A stretch of 64,000 bases of DNA from the NCBI GenBank assembly GCA_045587545.1, contig JAZNCN010000028.1, positions 79,045-143,044 of the forward strand, written 5' to 3'. Position 1 is the stretch's first letter. The number at the start of each line of letters is the position of its first letter. Positions 50,765 to 60,852 of the stretch are shown in pieces. The notes under the pieces were generated by a model. That model ran no database searches, was not told the origin of the DNA, and saw only the letters and a list, made by a program, of their open reading frames with translations. Made by a program: the position numbers and the translations under genes. This DNA is from Candidatus Caccoplasma sp. (lineage in GTDB: Bacteria; Bacteroidota; Bacteroidia; Bacteroidales; G3-4614).

Positions 50765-52540
50765 ATGGTATTAGATAATATTAATTCTCCTAAGGATTTA
50801 AAGGAGTTATCAATTGATGAACTCAATGTTTTGTGTCAAGAGATAAGAGATTGCCTTATTAAAAAATTAAGTGTAAGGGGTGGTCATTGTGCTCCAAATT
50901 TGGGTATGGTTGAGATGAGCGTTGCCATGCACAGAGTTTTTAACTCGCCTGAGGACAGAATTATTTTTGATGTTTCGCATCAATGTTATCCCCACAAAAT
51001 TTTAACAGGGAGAAAAGAGGCGTTTTTAAATGCTGATAAATATAGCAATGTTTCGGGATATACCGAACCGAGCGAGAGCGAACACGACCACTTTATTATT
51101 GGACACACCTCAACAAGTGTAAGCCTTGCAAGTGGTGTTGCTAAAGCAAGAGATTTGAAGCACGAAAATTATAACGTTATTGCTGTTATTGGTGATGGTT
51201 CTCTTAGTGGTGGCGAGGCTTTTGAAGGACTTGATTATGCCGCCGAGCTAAACAGCAATATGATTGTTGTGGTTAATGACAATCAGATGTCAATTGCTGA
51301 AAATCATGGTGGTATTTACAAAAACCTTGCTCTTTTAAGAGAGACAAACGGCAATGCCGAGTGTAACCTTTTTAAGGCTATGGGATTTGACTACCGATAT
51401 GTTGCTGACGGTAATAGTGTTGAGGCTCTTATTAACTGTTTTAATGAGGTTAAGGATATTGACCACCCTATTGTTTTACATATAAATACCATAAAAGGCA
51501 AAGGTTATAAACCTGCTGAAAACAACAAAGAAGGTTGGCACTTCTGCGGTGCTTTTGATATTGAGAGTGGAGTGCCTGTAAAGGGTAAAGAGGGTGGTAT
51601 TGATTACCAAACACTAACTGCTGATTATCTGTTGGAGAAGATGAAACACGACGAGCGTGTTGTTGCTATTACTGCCGGCACTCCAACCGTTATGGGATTT
51701 AATGCCGAGAGAAGAGAGAAAGCCGGTAAACAATTTATTGATGTTGGTATTGCCGAAGAGCATGCCGTTGCTTTGGCTTCGGGTATTGCATCAAATGGTG
51801 GCAAACCTGTTTTTGGGGTTTATAGCACCTTTATTCAACGTGCATACGACCAAATTTCTCAAGATTTGTGTATTAATAATAATCCTGCAACAATTTTGGT
51901 ATTTTGGGGTTCGTTAGGCGCAATGAACGATGTTACTCATTTGTGCTTCTTTGATATTCCCTTACTTAGCAATATACCTAACTTAGTATATTTGGCTCCT
52001 ACCTGTTTAGAGGAGTACACCGCCATGCTTAATTGGAGTATTGAGCAGGATAAATATCCTGTTGCAATTCGTGTACCTGCCGGCAAAGAGGCTGTAAATG
52101 TTGTGAATATTGATAAAAACTACGATTCTTTAAACCGATATAAAATTATTGATGAGGGTAATGATGTTGCAATTATTGCTGCAGGTTCATATTTCAGTTT
52201 GGGTGAGAGGGTCGCAGCGACTCTTAAAAATAAGCACCACATAACTCCGACTCTTATTAATCCAAGATATATTAGCGGTATTGATACTAAAGTTTTAAAC
52301 GCTTTAAAAGATAATCATAAAGTTGTTATTACTCTTGAAGATGGTGTTGTTGATGGTGGTTTTGGAGAGAAAATTTCAAGATTTTATGGCTCTTCTAAGA
52401 TGAAAGTTTTGAACTTTGGTGCTAAGAAAGAGTTTGTTGACAGATATAATATTAAAGAGTTTTTAAAGGCTAACAGACTCACCGAAGAGTTGATTGTTGA
52501 GGATATTATAAACTGTCTGAAAAATATTACTAAAGAGTAG
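50765..52540 (+). CDS. 1-deoxy-D-xylulose-5-phosphate synthase-like thiamine-diphosphate enzyme
   Basis: 591 aa from the ATG at 50765 (MVLDNINSPKDLKEL). DXS blocks GGHCAPNLGMVEM, DVSHQCYPHKILTGR, GHTSTS and IGDGSLSGGEA. It looks shorter and more divergent than my recollection of typical Dxs, so orthology is not certain. Confidence 0.65.
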   Translation: MVLDNINSPKDLKELSIDELNVLCQEIRDCLIKKLSVRGGHCAPNLGMVEMSVAMHRVFNSPEDRIIFDVSHQCYPHKILTGRKEAFLNADKYSNVSGYTEPSESEHDHFIIGHTSTSVSLASGVAKARDLKHENYNVIAVIGDGSLSGGEAFEGLDYAAELNSNMIVVVNDNQMSIAENHGGIYKNLALLRETNGNAECNLFKAMGFDYRYVADGNSVEALINCFNEVKDIDHPIVLHINTIKGKGYKPAENNKEGWHFCGAFDIESGVPVKGKEGGIDYQTLTADYLLEKMKHDERVVAITAGTPTVMGFNAERREKAGKQFIDVGIAEEHAVALASGIASNGGKPVFGVYSTFIQRAYDQISQDLCINNNPATILVFWGSLGAMNDVTHLCFFDIPLLSNIPNLVYLAPTCLEEYTAMLNWSIEQDKYPVAIRVPAGKEAVNVVNIDKNYDSLNRYKIIDEGNDVAIIAAGSYFSLGERVAATLKNKHHITPTLINPRYISGIDTKVLNALKDNHKVVITLEDGVVDGGFGEKISRFYGSSKMKVLNFGAKKEFVDRYNIKEFLKANRLTEELIVEDIINCLKNITKE

Positions 52541-52543
52541 TGT

Positions 52544-53986
52544 ATGCTTTTTAACTCAATAGAGTTTCTTATATTTTTACCAATAGCTTTTATTCTCTAT
52601 TGGTCTGTTTTTAGGCAACTTAAATTACAAAATTTGTTTATTGTGATTGCCAGCTACATTTTTTATGGCTGGTGGAATAAAGAGTTTTTAATTTTGATTG
52701 CCATTACTACTCTATTGAGTTTTTCAAGCGGTATTCTTATTAAAAAGTTCAACGGCAAGAGAGGTTGGCAGAAATGTATAAGCGGAACTAATATTGTTGC
52801 CAATCTGCTTATTCTCGGATACTTCAAATATTGTAACTTTTTTGGTGAGAGTTTTGCTCAGGTGATGAACTCTTTGGGTATTAATGTTGATTGGGTTACT
52901 CTTGATATTATTCTGCCTGTGGGTATCAGTTTTTATACTTTTCAGGCCCTCAGTTACTCTATTGATGTTTATAGAGGCAAAATTAAGGCAACAACCGATA
53001 TTGTTGCATTTTTCGCTTACATAAGTTTCTTTCCTCAACTTGTTGCCGGTCCTATAGAAAGAGCTACAAATTTGTTACCTCAAATTCTGAACAAAAGGTT
53101 TTTTGATTATGCTACTGCAGTTGATGGTTGCAGGCAGATGTTATGGGGATTTTTTAAGAAAATGGTAATTGCCGACAATTGTGCCATTGCTGTTGATACT
53201 ATATGGAACAACTATTCAAACGAGAGCGGTTTTACGTTATTAATGGGTGGGATATTCTTTGCCTTTCAAATTTATGGAGACTTTTCGGGATACTCCGATA
53301 TTGCAATAGGTACTGCAAAGCTTTTTGGTATTAACCTTAAACAAAACTTTAATTTCCCATACTTCTCGCGCAATATTGCAGAGTTCTGGCGTAAATGGCA
53401 CATATCGCTTACTTCGTGGTTTAAAGACTATTTGTACATTCCGTTAGGAGGTAGTAGATGCTCTACTAAAAGAGTCATCTTAAATACCATAATTATTTTT
53501 GTAGTTAGCGGGTTGTGGCATGGTGCAAATTGGACATTTATTGTATGGGGAATTTATAATGCCTTATTGTTTATCCCCTTACTGCTTACCAAGAAAAATA
53601 GAAATTATTTAAATAGTGTAGCTGTAAATAAATTTTTACCTTCGCCAAAAGAGTTTCTGCAAATTGTTAGTACATTCATATTAGTTACTTTTGGGTGGAT
53701 AATTTTTAGGTCGGAGAGTATTAGTGAAGCATTTTTATTTATTGGAAATATATTCTCTCCTACTCTGTTTAATATTGAAATGCCATATGGTAAGAGTATA
53801 ACAATAGGTATTATGTTTATGCTTGTTGTTGAATGGCTAAACAGAAATAAGTTACACGCTTTACAATTTAACGGAGAAGGTATTTTTAGATACAGAGTTG
53901 TAAGATGGTTTGTTTATTATGCTATTATTGTTGCCACAATTCTATTTATGAGTATTAATCAAACTTTCATATATTTTCAATTTTAA
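52544..53986 (+). CDS. MBOAT-family membrane O-acyltransferase (AlgI/DltB-like)
   Basis: 480-aa polytopic ORF. N-terminal MLFNSIEFLIFLP, then FWRKWHISLTSWFKDYLYIPLGGSR with the catalytic His. Confidence 0.85.
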   Translation: MLFNSIEFLIFLPIAFILYWSVFRQLKLQNLFIVIASYIFYGWWNKEFLILIAITTLLSFSSGILIKKFNGKRGWQKCISGTNIVANLLILGYFKYCNFFGESFAQVMNSLGINVDWVTLDIILPVGISFYTFQALSYSIDVYRGKIKATTDIVAFFAYISFFPQLVAGPIERATNLLPQILNKRFFDYATAVDGCRQMLWGFFKKMVIADNCAIAVDTIWNNYSNESGFTLLMGGIFFAFQIYGDFSGYSDIAIGTAKLFGINLKQNFNFPYFSRNIAEFWRKWHISLTSWFKDYLYIPLGGSRCSTKRVILNTIIIFVVSGLWHGANWTFIVWGIYNALLFIPLLLTKKNRNYLNSVAVNKFLPSPKEFLQIVSTFILVTFGWIIFRSESISEAFLFIGNIFSPTLFNIEMPYGKSITIGIMFMLVVEWLNRNKLHALQFNGEGIFRYRVVRWFVYYAIIVATILFMSINQTFIYFQF

Positions 53987-53990
53987 TTAT

Positions 53991-54905
53991 ATGGGTAAAT
54001 TTATTCTTAGAATATTAATATTTTTAATACCGCTGTTGATGATATTAACAGCTTTGGAATATATTGCCCAATCGGCACCAAACTCGTATAGGTATAAGAA
54101 CAATTATATAGTTAATAATTGCGATAGTATAAATACTTTAATATTAGGAAGCTCACATAGCTTTTATGGTATTAACCCTGAAATTTTAGGCAACAACTCT
54201 TTTAATCTTGCAAATGTTTCGCAAGATTTAAAGTTTGATTTGTATCTTGTTGAAAAATCTATTGCGCAATGCAAAAGTCTTAAAACTTTGATTGTCCCTA
54301 TATCCTATTTTACTCTCTACGAAACTCCATTAGATAAAGGAGATGAAAAATTCAGAGTTAAATTTTATGAGCATTATATGGGTTATAATGACTCTTTGTT
54401 AAATTGCATTGAAAAACTTGAATTATATAACCCCACAATACTGCAAACAAAAATTAAAGAGTATTGCAAATTTCATTTTGGTACAAATAAAGATTTTGGA
54501 TATAACTCGTTAGGTTGGGCAACAGGGTATAAAGAGTGCTTGATTGATGGTAATATAGAAAAAGACGCTATAAAAACTATTACAAGACATACTCCACACG
54601 AGGAATATGTTGATATAAATATTGAATATCTTAACAAAATTGCAACACTCTGTCATAACAATAATATTAGGCTATTCTTTATTACAACCCCTACTCTGCC
54701 AGCTTATTACAATAAAATTGATACCTGCAGATGGAACTACACTATTTCAGTTGTAAACAACATTTGTTTAAAGTACAAAGCTTCATACTATAGCTACTTA
54801 AATGATGAGAGATTTGACACTACCGACTTTTTTGACATTGACCATCTATGCCATAAAGGTGCAAAAAAATTCAGCTATATATTAAAAGAGGAGATTTTTG
54901 AATAA
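53991..54905 (+). CDS. membrane-anchored protein, possible DltD/SGNH-like partner of the MBOAT
   Basis: 304-aa ORF with an N-terminal TM helix. The LILGSSHSFYG block resembles a GSS(E/H) SGNH block I, and DHLCHKG lies near the C-terminus. The call is by context and weak motifs only. Confidence 0.4.
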   Translation: MGKFILRILIFLIPLLMILTALEYIAQSAPNSYRYKNNYIVNNCDSINTLILGSSHSFYGINPEILGNNSFNLANVSQDLKFDLYLVEKSIAQCKSLKTLIVPISYFTLYETPLDKGDEKFRVKFYEHYMGYNDSLLNCIEKLELYNPTILQTKIKEYCKFHFGTNKDFGYNSLGWATGYKECLIDGNIEKDAIKTITRHTPHEEYVDINIEYLNKIATLCHNNNIRLFFITTPTLPAYYNKIDTCRWNYTISVVNNICLKYKASYYSYLNDERFDTTDFFDIDHLCHKGAKKFSYILKEEIFE

Positions 54906-54988
54906 TATGGAGAGTTGTATCAGCTAATTGTTGTATCTTCGCCTAACAAAATGTGAGCAGGTTGTAAATATACCTCTGATATATAATA

Positions 54989-56020
54989 ATGAAAAAAAAA
55001 TATATAGTTATATCTGTTATTATCCTATCATCTCTATTGCTTATTATTGGAGGTGTTACTCTTTTTTTATACAAAAAAATTACTAACCCAAGCAATTGTA
55101 ATAATGAGTATTGTATATATATAGGAAATGGCACAACTTCTGAAGATGTTATAAATACAATAGCATTAAATGGTGGTGAAGATTTCGCATATTGGGTTGA
55201 TAAAGTATTTGACATCAGAAACAGACGCATAAACAGATATGAGGGCTTTTACAAAATAACCCCTCAAATGAGCGTTTGGGATATTTATAATCTATTTGCA
55301 TTGGGCGACTCCTCAACTTCTATTATTACTTTTAATAACATCAGGACTAAAAAGGAACTTGCATATGCTATATGCAAGAATATAAATATGCCTGCTGATA
55401 CTTTATATAAGGCATTGTGCGATACAGCTACTTGTAGCAGATATGGTTTTGATACTGTAACTATTTCTACTATGTTTTTACCCGATAGCTACGAGATTTT
55501 TAAAAGCACATCAAAAGATAAGTTCTTAAACAGAATGGCTAAGGAGTATCAGCAATTCTGGAATAAAAAGAGATCAGACAAGGCTGAAAGTATAGGATTA
55601 ACTCCTTATGAAGTTATTATATTGGCCTCAATTGTTGAAGAGGAGACAAAAAAAGTTGACGAAATGGCTGTTGTTGCCGGATTATATATTAACAGGCTAA
55701 AAAGAGGTATGTTACTGCAATCAGACCCCACTGTTAAATTTGCGACAGGCGATTTTGGATTAAAGCGCATATTAAACAAGCACCTTGAGATTGAATCGCC
55801 ATACAACACTTATAAATATGTGGGATTACCTCCGGGTCCTATAAGAATTCCTTCAAAAATAGCGATTGATAAGGTTTTGAATTACGAAAAATCAAACTAC
55901 CTATATATGTGCGCAAAAGAGGATTTTTCGGGATACCATAATTTTGCTACTACTCTTAGCGAACATAATAGGAATGCCGCAAAATACAGAAGAGAACTTA
56001 ATAGATTGAAAATTAAATAA
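54989..56020 (+). CDS. mltG: endolytic murein transglycosylase MltG (YceG-like)
   Basis: 343-aa ORF. An N-terminal TM helix and a YceG domain (ILASIVEEET, LQSDPTV, YNTYKYVGLPPGPI). Confidence 0.85.
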   Translation: MKKKYIVISVIILSSLLLIIGGVTLFLYKKITNPSNCNNEYCIYIGNGTTSEDVINTIALNGGEDFAYWVDKVFDIRNRRINRYEGFYKITPQMSVWDIYNLFALGDSSTSIITFNNIRTKKELAYAICKNINMPADTLYKALCDTATCSRYGFDTVTISTMFLPDSYEIFKSTSKDKFLNRMAKEYQQFWNKKRSDKAESIGLTPYEVIILASIVEEETKKVDEMAVVAGLYINRLKRGMLLQSDPTVKFATGDFGLKRILNKHLEIESPYNTYKYVGLPPGPIRIPSKIAIDKVLNYEKSNYLYMCAKEDFSGYHNFATTLSEHNRNAAKYRRELNRLKIK

Positions 56021-56027
56021 TTTATAT

Positions 56028-56714
56028 ATGAAAATAGCAATAGTTGTTGCTTTAGAGAGCGAATTGGCATGTATGAAACGCCTTTTTGATAACATGGAGG
56101 AGATTTGCCAAAATAATAATACTTATTATATAGGTAAATGTAATGGTAACGAAATTCTTCTTTCGCAATCGGGCATAGGAAAAGTTTGTGCTGCCGTAAG
56201 ATGTTGCGATATTATATCTTATTTCAAGCCTGACTATATTATAAACACCGGTCTCGCAGGTGGTATAGATGTTAAATCAGAAGTCTGCGATGTTGTTATA
56301 GGTGATGAAGTTATGTATCACGACGTTTGGTGCGGCGATGGTTGTGAAAAGGGACAAGTACAAGGTTTTCCTATGAGATTTAAAGGGTGCGATTATATTA
56401 TTGATAAAATACTTGAGAATAGAGAACAAAACGAGAGAGTTTACAAAGGCTTGATTTGTACAGGCGACCAATTTATTACCGACGATAAAATTTTAAGTCA
56501 AATAAAGGAGAATTTCAAAGATGCTGTTGCCGTTGATATGGAGTCGGCATCGTTCGCTCACTGTTGCTATATAAAGGGTATTCCTTTTGTAAGTTTAAGA
56601 GTTATCAGCGATACTCCCGGTAAGGAGAATAATGTTGAGCAGTACAATAATTTCTGGGAAATTGCACCGGAAAAATCTTTTGACGTTGTTAAAAATTTAA
56701 TATTTAAACTATAA
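56028..56714 (+). CDS. mtnN: 5'-methylthioadenosine/S-adenosylhomocysteine nucleosidase
   Basis: 228-aa ORF of the PNP_UDP_1 fold (SGIGKV, GLAGG, VDMESA). Confidence 0.85.
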   Translation: MKIAIVVALESELACMKRLFDNMEEICQNNNTYYIGKCNGNEILLSQSGIGKVCAAVRCCDIISYFKPDYIINTGLAGGIDVKSEVCDVVIGDEVMYHDVWCGDGCEKGQVQGFPMRFKGCDYIIDKILENREQNERVYKGLICTGDQFITDDKILSQIKENFKDAVAVDMESASFAHCCYIKGIPFVSLRVISDTPGKENNVEQYNNFWEIAPEKSFDVVKNLIFKL

Positions 56715-57190
56715 TGGACAAAATACCAAGTTTTACAATTGACCACAACAAATTGTTGAGGGGCATTTATGTTTCGCGCGTTGATGTGTTTAATGGCGTT
56801 ACTATAACAACTTTTGATATTAGAATGAAAGAACCTAACAGAGAAGCTGTTTTGGGTCAAGAGGGATTACACACAATTGAGCATCTTGCTGCTACATATC
56901 TCAGAAACAATCAAGAGTGGAAAGATAAGATTGTTTATTGGGGTCCTATGGGTTGCCGTACTGGAAATTATCTTATTATGGCAGGAGAATATCAAAGTAA
57001 AGACATTGTTGATCTTATTAAAAAAACTTTTGAATTTGTAAGAGATTTTGATGGGGAGATTCCAGGCATGGCTCCAAAAGATTGCGGCGATTGGACTTGC
57101 CACGATTTAGATGATGCTAAACGCGAAGCTGCCATTTATGTAAGTGAAGTTTTAGAGAATATAAAAGAGGAGAACTTAATATATCCTTAA
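56714..57190 (+). CDS. luxS: S-ribosylhomocysteine lyase LuxS
   Basis: 158-aa ORF with the HTIEHL metal-binding motif and a conserved Cys (GCRTG). Its start abuts the mtnN stop. Confidence 0.9.
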   Translation: MDKIPSFTIDHNKLLRGIYVSRVDVFNGVTITTFDIRMKEPNREAVLGQEGLHTIEHLAATYLRNNQEWKDKIVYWGPMGCRTGNYLIMAGEYQSKDIVDLIKKTFEFVRDFDGEIPGMAPKDCGDWTCHDLDDAKREAAIYVSEVLENIKEENLIYP

Positions 57191-57225
57191 GAGGTATATT
57201 TATATTTCCTATATATACAAAAAAA

Positions 57226-57251
57226 ACAGATACGATTGTATCTGTTTTTTT
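57226..57251. terminator. bidirectional terminator acagatac-gatt-gtatctgt with A/T tracts
   Basis: Lies between luxS (+) and ccp (-). Confidence 0.7.
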
Positions 57252-57270
57252 ATATGAAAATAATCAGTTA

Positions 57271-58650
57271 TTACTTTATAACTTTAGCCGTTTCTGGAAT
57301 CTCTCCTGTAAGAGCATTCAAGAATGCTTCAATGTCTTCAACATCTTGTTGGGGTATATTGGTATCCAACTGATACTCTCCCATATAGATGATTGCATTT
57401 TTTAATGATGTTAATGTTCCATCGTGGTAATATGGTGCGGTTAACGCAATATTACGCAATCCCGGAACTTTAAATTTATGACGGTCATACTCCGATTTTG
57501 TCTCTTTATAACGTCCAAAATCCTCTAAAGTCATTTCTGTTCCACGTGCTGTAAAATAGTTTGAACGTGTACCCATCAACTCATATGTATTACCTCCAAA
57601 ATTAACACCACTATGGCATGTTGCACAGCTATACTCTTTAAATTTTTCATATCCTGCAATTTGTTGAGGAGTCATGGCTGTTTCATCTCCGAGCATATAA
57701 CGGTCAAATGGAGAGTTCTTTGTAATCAATGTTTTCTCAAACTCCTGTATAGCATCAGTAATTGTAGCTTCACTAAATCCTTCGGGATATACTTTTTTAA
57801 ACTCTGCTTTAAATTTAACGTCTTTATCCAATTTTGCTATAATTTCATCAAATGATGTTGATGCCATCTCTACGGGATTTAGTGGAGGTCCTGCCGCCTG
57901 CGCTGCCAAATTTGCTGCACGTCCGTCCCAGAATTGAACAAAATTATATACGGCATTATATACGGTTGGAGCATTTACTCCTCCTAATTGACCGTTTACA
58001 CCCTCAGAATATTGTTTGTTATCAACTCCTCCTGTCTCTAATCCATGGCACGATGCACATGAAACTGTATTATCAACCGATAAACGAGTATCGTGATAAA
58101 GTTTAAATCCCAAATCAACTTTTGCCGAATCAACAGGAATATCATATAATATAGGGAATACAGGTTCAGAAGCCAATTTATTTGCAAGAGTTGTATCAGC
58201 TAAATTAGCTAAATATCCTTTTAAACGTTGTTCTTTTGCCCAATCAATTATTATCTGACGTTTTTCATCAGTTAACTGAGTTCCCCAATGAACAAGATAA
58301 AATTTTGCAGGTGGCATATTGTTCTTTATAGCTATCTGCTCAATTTTATTAACAGCCGTAATAGATATTGGCGAACCTATAGCCATAGAGTCCATTACAG
58401 GTTTTAAATTTTCTTCTTTAAGGGCGGCATTAATATCTTGATATAGAGGACGACGCACCAAAGGAATTTTTGAGTAAAATGGTAATTCTGCATCATAGCT
58501 ATGACACATCAAACATTTACTGTCAGTTAAAATTTCGTAAACCTGTTCATTCAATGACAAATCTTTTGAGGGCATTCGGTTAACCAAGTTATATACTGCA
58601 AATAGTAAGATTGCCAATAATATAACCGAACCCAACACAATTTTTTTCAT
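57271..58650 (-). CDS. cytochrome-c peroxidase family protein with an extra N-terminal haem-binding domain
   Basis: 459-aa ORF with a signal anchor. It has three CxxCH motifs (CLMCHS, CASCHG, CATCHS). Confidence 0.8.
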   Translation of the reverse strand: MKKIVLGSVILLAILLFAVYNLVNRMPSKDLSLNEQVYEILTDSKCLMCHSYDAELPFYSKIPLVRRPLYQDINAALKEENLKPVMDSMAIGSPISITAVNKIEQIAIKNNMPPAKFYLVHWGTQLTDEKRQIIIDWAKEQRLKGYLANLADTTLANKLASEPVFPILYDIPVDSAKVDLGFKLYHDTRLSVDNTVSCASCHGLETGGVDNKQYSEGVNGQLGGVNAPTVYNAVYNFVQFWDGRAANLAAQAAGPPLNPVEMASTSFDEIIAKLDKDVKFKAEFKKVYPEGFSEATITDAIQEFEKTLITKNSPFDRYMLGDETAMTPQQIAGYEKFKEYSCATCHSGVNFGGNTYELMGTRSNYFTARGTEMTLEDFGRYKETKSEYDRHKFKVPGLRNIALTAPYYHDGTLTSLKNAIIYMGEYQLDTNIPQQDVEDIEAFLNALTGEIPETAKVIK

Positions 58651-58739
58651 AAGTTTCTATTTATATATTACCTCTAATGTATAGGTACAAAAATAGATAA
58701 TATTTTTTATACCAAACAAAAAAGTTCATACTTTTTTAC

Positions 58740-58747
58740 TACTTTTG
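58740..58747 (+). promoter_or_regulatory. -7 promoter box TACTTTTG
   Basis: TAnnTTTG match 29 nt upstream of the aguA start. Confidence 0.4.
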
Positions 58748-58775
58748 TTTATGTTAAAAGTAAATATAAGACTAC

Positions 58776-59813
58776 ATGGATATTAACAACACATATATAT
58801 TACCTGCCGAATGGGCTGAACAGAGTGGTATTCAACTAACATGGCCTCATAAAAATACTGATTGGAACTACATGTTAGGTGAGGTAACTGAGTGCTATAT
58901 AAATGTGGCTCGAGAGATTGCTAAAAGAGAAAAACTGCTTATTGTTACCCCATACCCCGACGATGTTGTTAGCATCATCAAGGATAAGGTAAATATGGAT
59001 AATGTTACCCTGTTCGAATGCAACAGCAACGACACTTGGGCAAGAGACCACGGAGGTATTACTGTAATTGATAAAGAGTCAAATAATTTTGTAATCACCG
59101 ATTTTGGATTTAACGGTTGGGGACAAAAGTTTGAGGCCGAATTAGATAACGAAATTACACTAAACTGCTACAAAGGGAATATCTTTAATGCAGATTACCG
59201 TAATATGAACAACTTTATATTAGAGGGTGGCTCAATTGAGGTTGATGGTAATGGTTCGTTAATGACTACTACACGTTGTTTAATGTCAAAGTTCAGAAAC
59301 CCATCTTACAGTAAAGAGGAGATTGAAGAGGTATTAAAGGAGAGTTTTGGCGTTAGTAATATAATATGGATTGATAACGGATATTTGGCTGGCGACGACA
59401 CTGATAGCCATATTGATACACTTGCCCGATTTTGCCCAAACAATACCATTGCTTACGTTAAATGTAACGATGTTAATGATGAGCATTACAGCGAATTAAA
59501 AGCAATGGAGCAAGAGTTGATTGATGCACGAAATATTGAGGGTAATCCATATAACTTGGTTGCTCTACCAATGGCAGACTCAATAGTTTTTGACGGAGAG
59601 AGACTTCCTGCATCATATGCCAACTTTTTAATAATGAACAATACAGTTTTAATGCCCACATATAACCAACCGGATAATGATAAAACAGCAATTGAAGCAA
59701 TATCAAAGGCTTTCCCCGGGTATGAAGTAGTTGGCATTGATTGTGTTGCGTTAATTAAACAACATGGCTCATTACATTGTATTACAATGCAGTATCCGAA
59801 AGGTATTTTATAA
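58776..59813 (+). CDS. aguA: agmatine deiminase
   Basis: 345-aa ORF. PAEWAEQ...TWPH, WARD and the C-terminal GSLHCIT catalytic Cys. Confidence 0.9.
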   Translation: MDINNTYILPAEWAEQSGIQLTWPHKNTDWNYMLGEVTECYINVAREIAKREKLLIVTPYPDDVVSIIKDKVNMDNVTLFECNSNDTWARDHGGITVIDKESNNFVITDFGFNGWGQKFEAELDNEITLNCYKGNIFNADYRNMNNFILEGGSIEVDGNGSLMTTTRCLMSKFRNPSYSKEEIEEVLKESFGVSNIIWIDNGYLAGDDTDSHIDTLARFCPNNTIAYVKCNDVNDEHYSELKAMEQELIDARNIEGNPYNLVALPMADSIVFDGERLPASYANFLIMNNTVLMPTYNQPDNDKTAIEAISKAFPGYEVVGIDCVALIKQHGSLHCITMQYPKGIL

Positions 59814-59832
59814 TCAGTTATAAAAGAGTATT

Positions 59833-60780
59833 ATGAGTAAAATATATAAAAGTCTCACACAACTTGTAGGAAATACTCCCCTACTTGAAGTTTCAAATAT
59901 TGAACGAGAACTTAATTTAAAGGCAAAACTTATTGTTAAGTTAGAGTTTTATAATCCCGGAGGCAGTGTTAAAGACCGTGTTGCTCTTTCAATGATTGAA
60001 GATGCAGAGAAAAAAGGATTGCTTAAACCCGGAGCTGTCATAATAGAACCTACAAGTGGAAACACGGGTATTGGATTGGCATGGGCATCATCAGTAAAGG
60101 GATACCACCTTATACTTACAATGCCCGACACCATGAGCATGGAACGTCAAAACCTATTGAAAGCATTAGGTGCTGAGCTTGTTCTTACTCCTGGTAGCGA
60201 AGGTATGACTGGCGCTATAAACAAAGCAAATCAATTAAACAAAGAGTATTCCGGGTCTATTATATTAGGACAATTTGATAACCCTGCAAACCCAAAGGCT
60301 CATATAAATACAACTGCCGAAGAGATTTGGCAAGACACCGAAGGAGATATTGATATATTTGTAGCTTGTGTAGGGACAGGAGGAACTCTTAGCGGAACTT
60401 CTGAAGGTTTAAAAAAGCATAACCCCAACATTATGGCTGTAGCTGTAGAGCCTGATAGTTCACCTGTTCTAAGCGGAGGAAAAGCAGGAGCTCATAAGAT
60501 ACAGGGTATTGGTGCAGGTTTTATTCCTAAAAACTTTAATAAGGATTATGCCGATAAAATAGCAAGGGTAAAAGATGACGATGCTATACGTTCATCGCGT
60601 ATGCTTGCACAAAAAGAGGGTCTTTTGGTTGGCATCTCATCGGGAGCGGCATTTTATGTTGCATTAGAGATGGCCAAACTTGATGAGAACAGAGGTAAAA
60701 CCATAGTGGCACTACTCCCTGATACCGGAGAGAGATACCTCTCAACATTACTATATGCCTTTGAAGATTATCCTTTGTAA
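59833..60780 (+). CDS. cysK: cysteine synthase A (O-acetylserine sulfhydrylase)
   Basis: 315-aa ORF. PLP-lysine block NPGGSVKDR, SGNTG and GTGGT. Confidence 0.9.
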   Translation: MSKIYKSLTQLVGNTPLLEVSNIERELNLKAKLIVKLEFYNPGGSVKDRVALSMIEDAEKKGLLKPGAVIIEPTSGNTGIGLAWASSVKGYHLILTMPDTMSMERQNLLKALGAELVLTPGSEGMTGAINKANQLNKEYSGSIILGQFDNPANPKAHINTTAEEIWQDTEGDIDIFVACVGTGGTLSGTSEGLKKHNPNIMAVAVEPDSSPVLSGGKAGAHKIQGIGAGFIPKNFNKDYADKIARVKDDDAIRSSRMLAQKEGLLVGISSGAAFYVALEMAKLDENRGKTIVALLPDTGERYLSTLLYAFEDYPL

Positions 60781-60800
60781 AATAGTATTTATGTGATATA

Positions 60801-60828
60801 GAAAAAGGGTTGTGTACAACCCTTTTTC
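60801..60828. terminator. bidirectional terminator gaaaaagggttgt-gt-acaaccctttttc
   Basis: 13-bp stem between cysK (+) and hisB (-). Confidence 0.75.
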
Positions 60829-60852
60829 TAATTTTATTATCTATAATAAATA

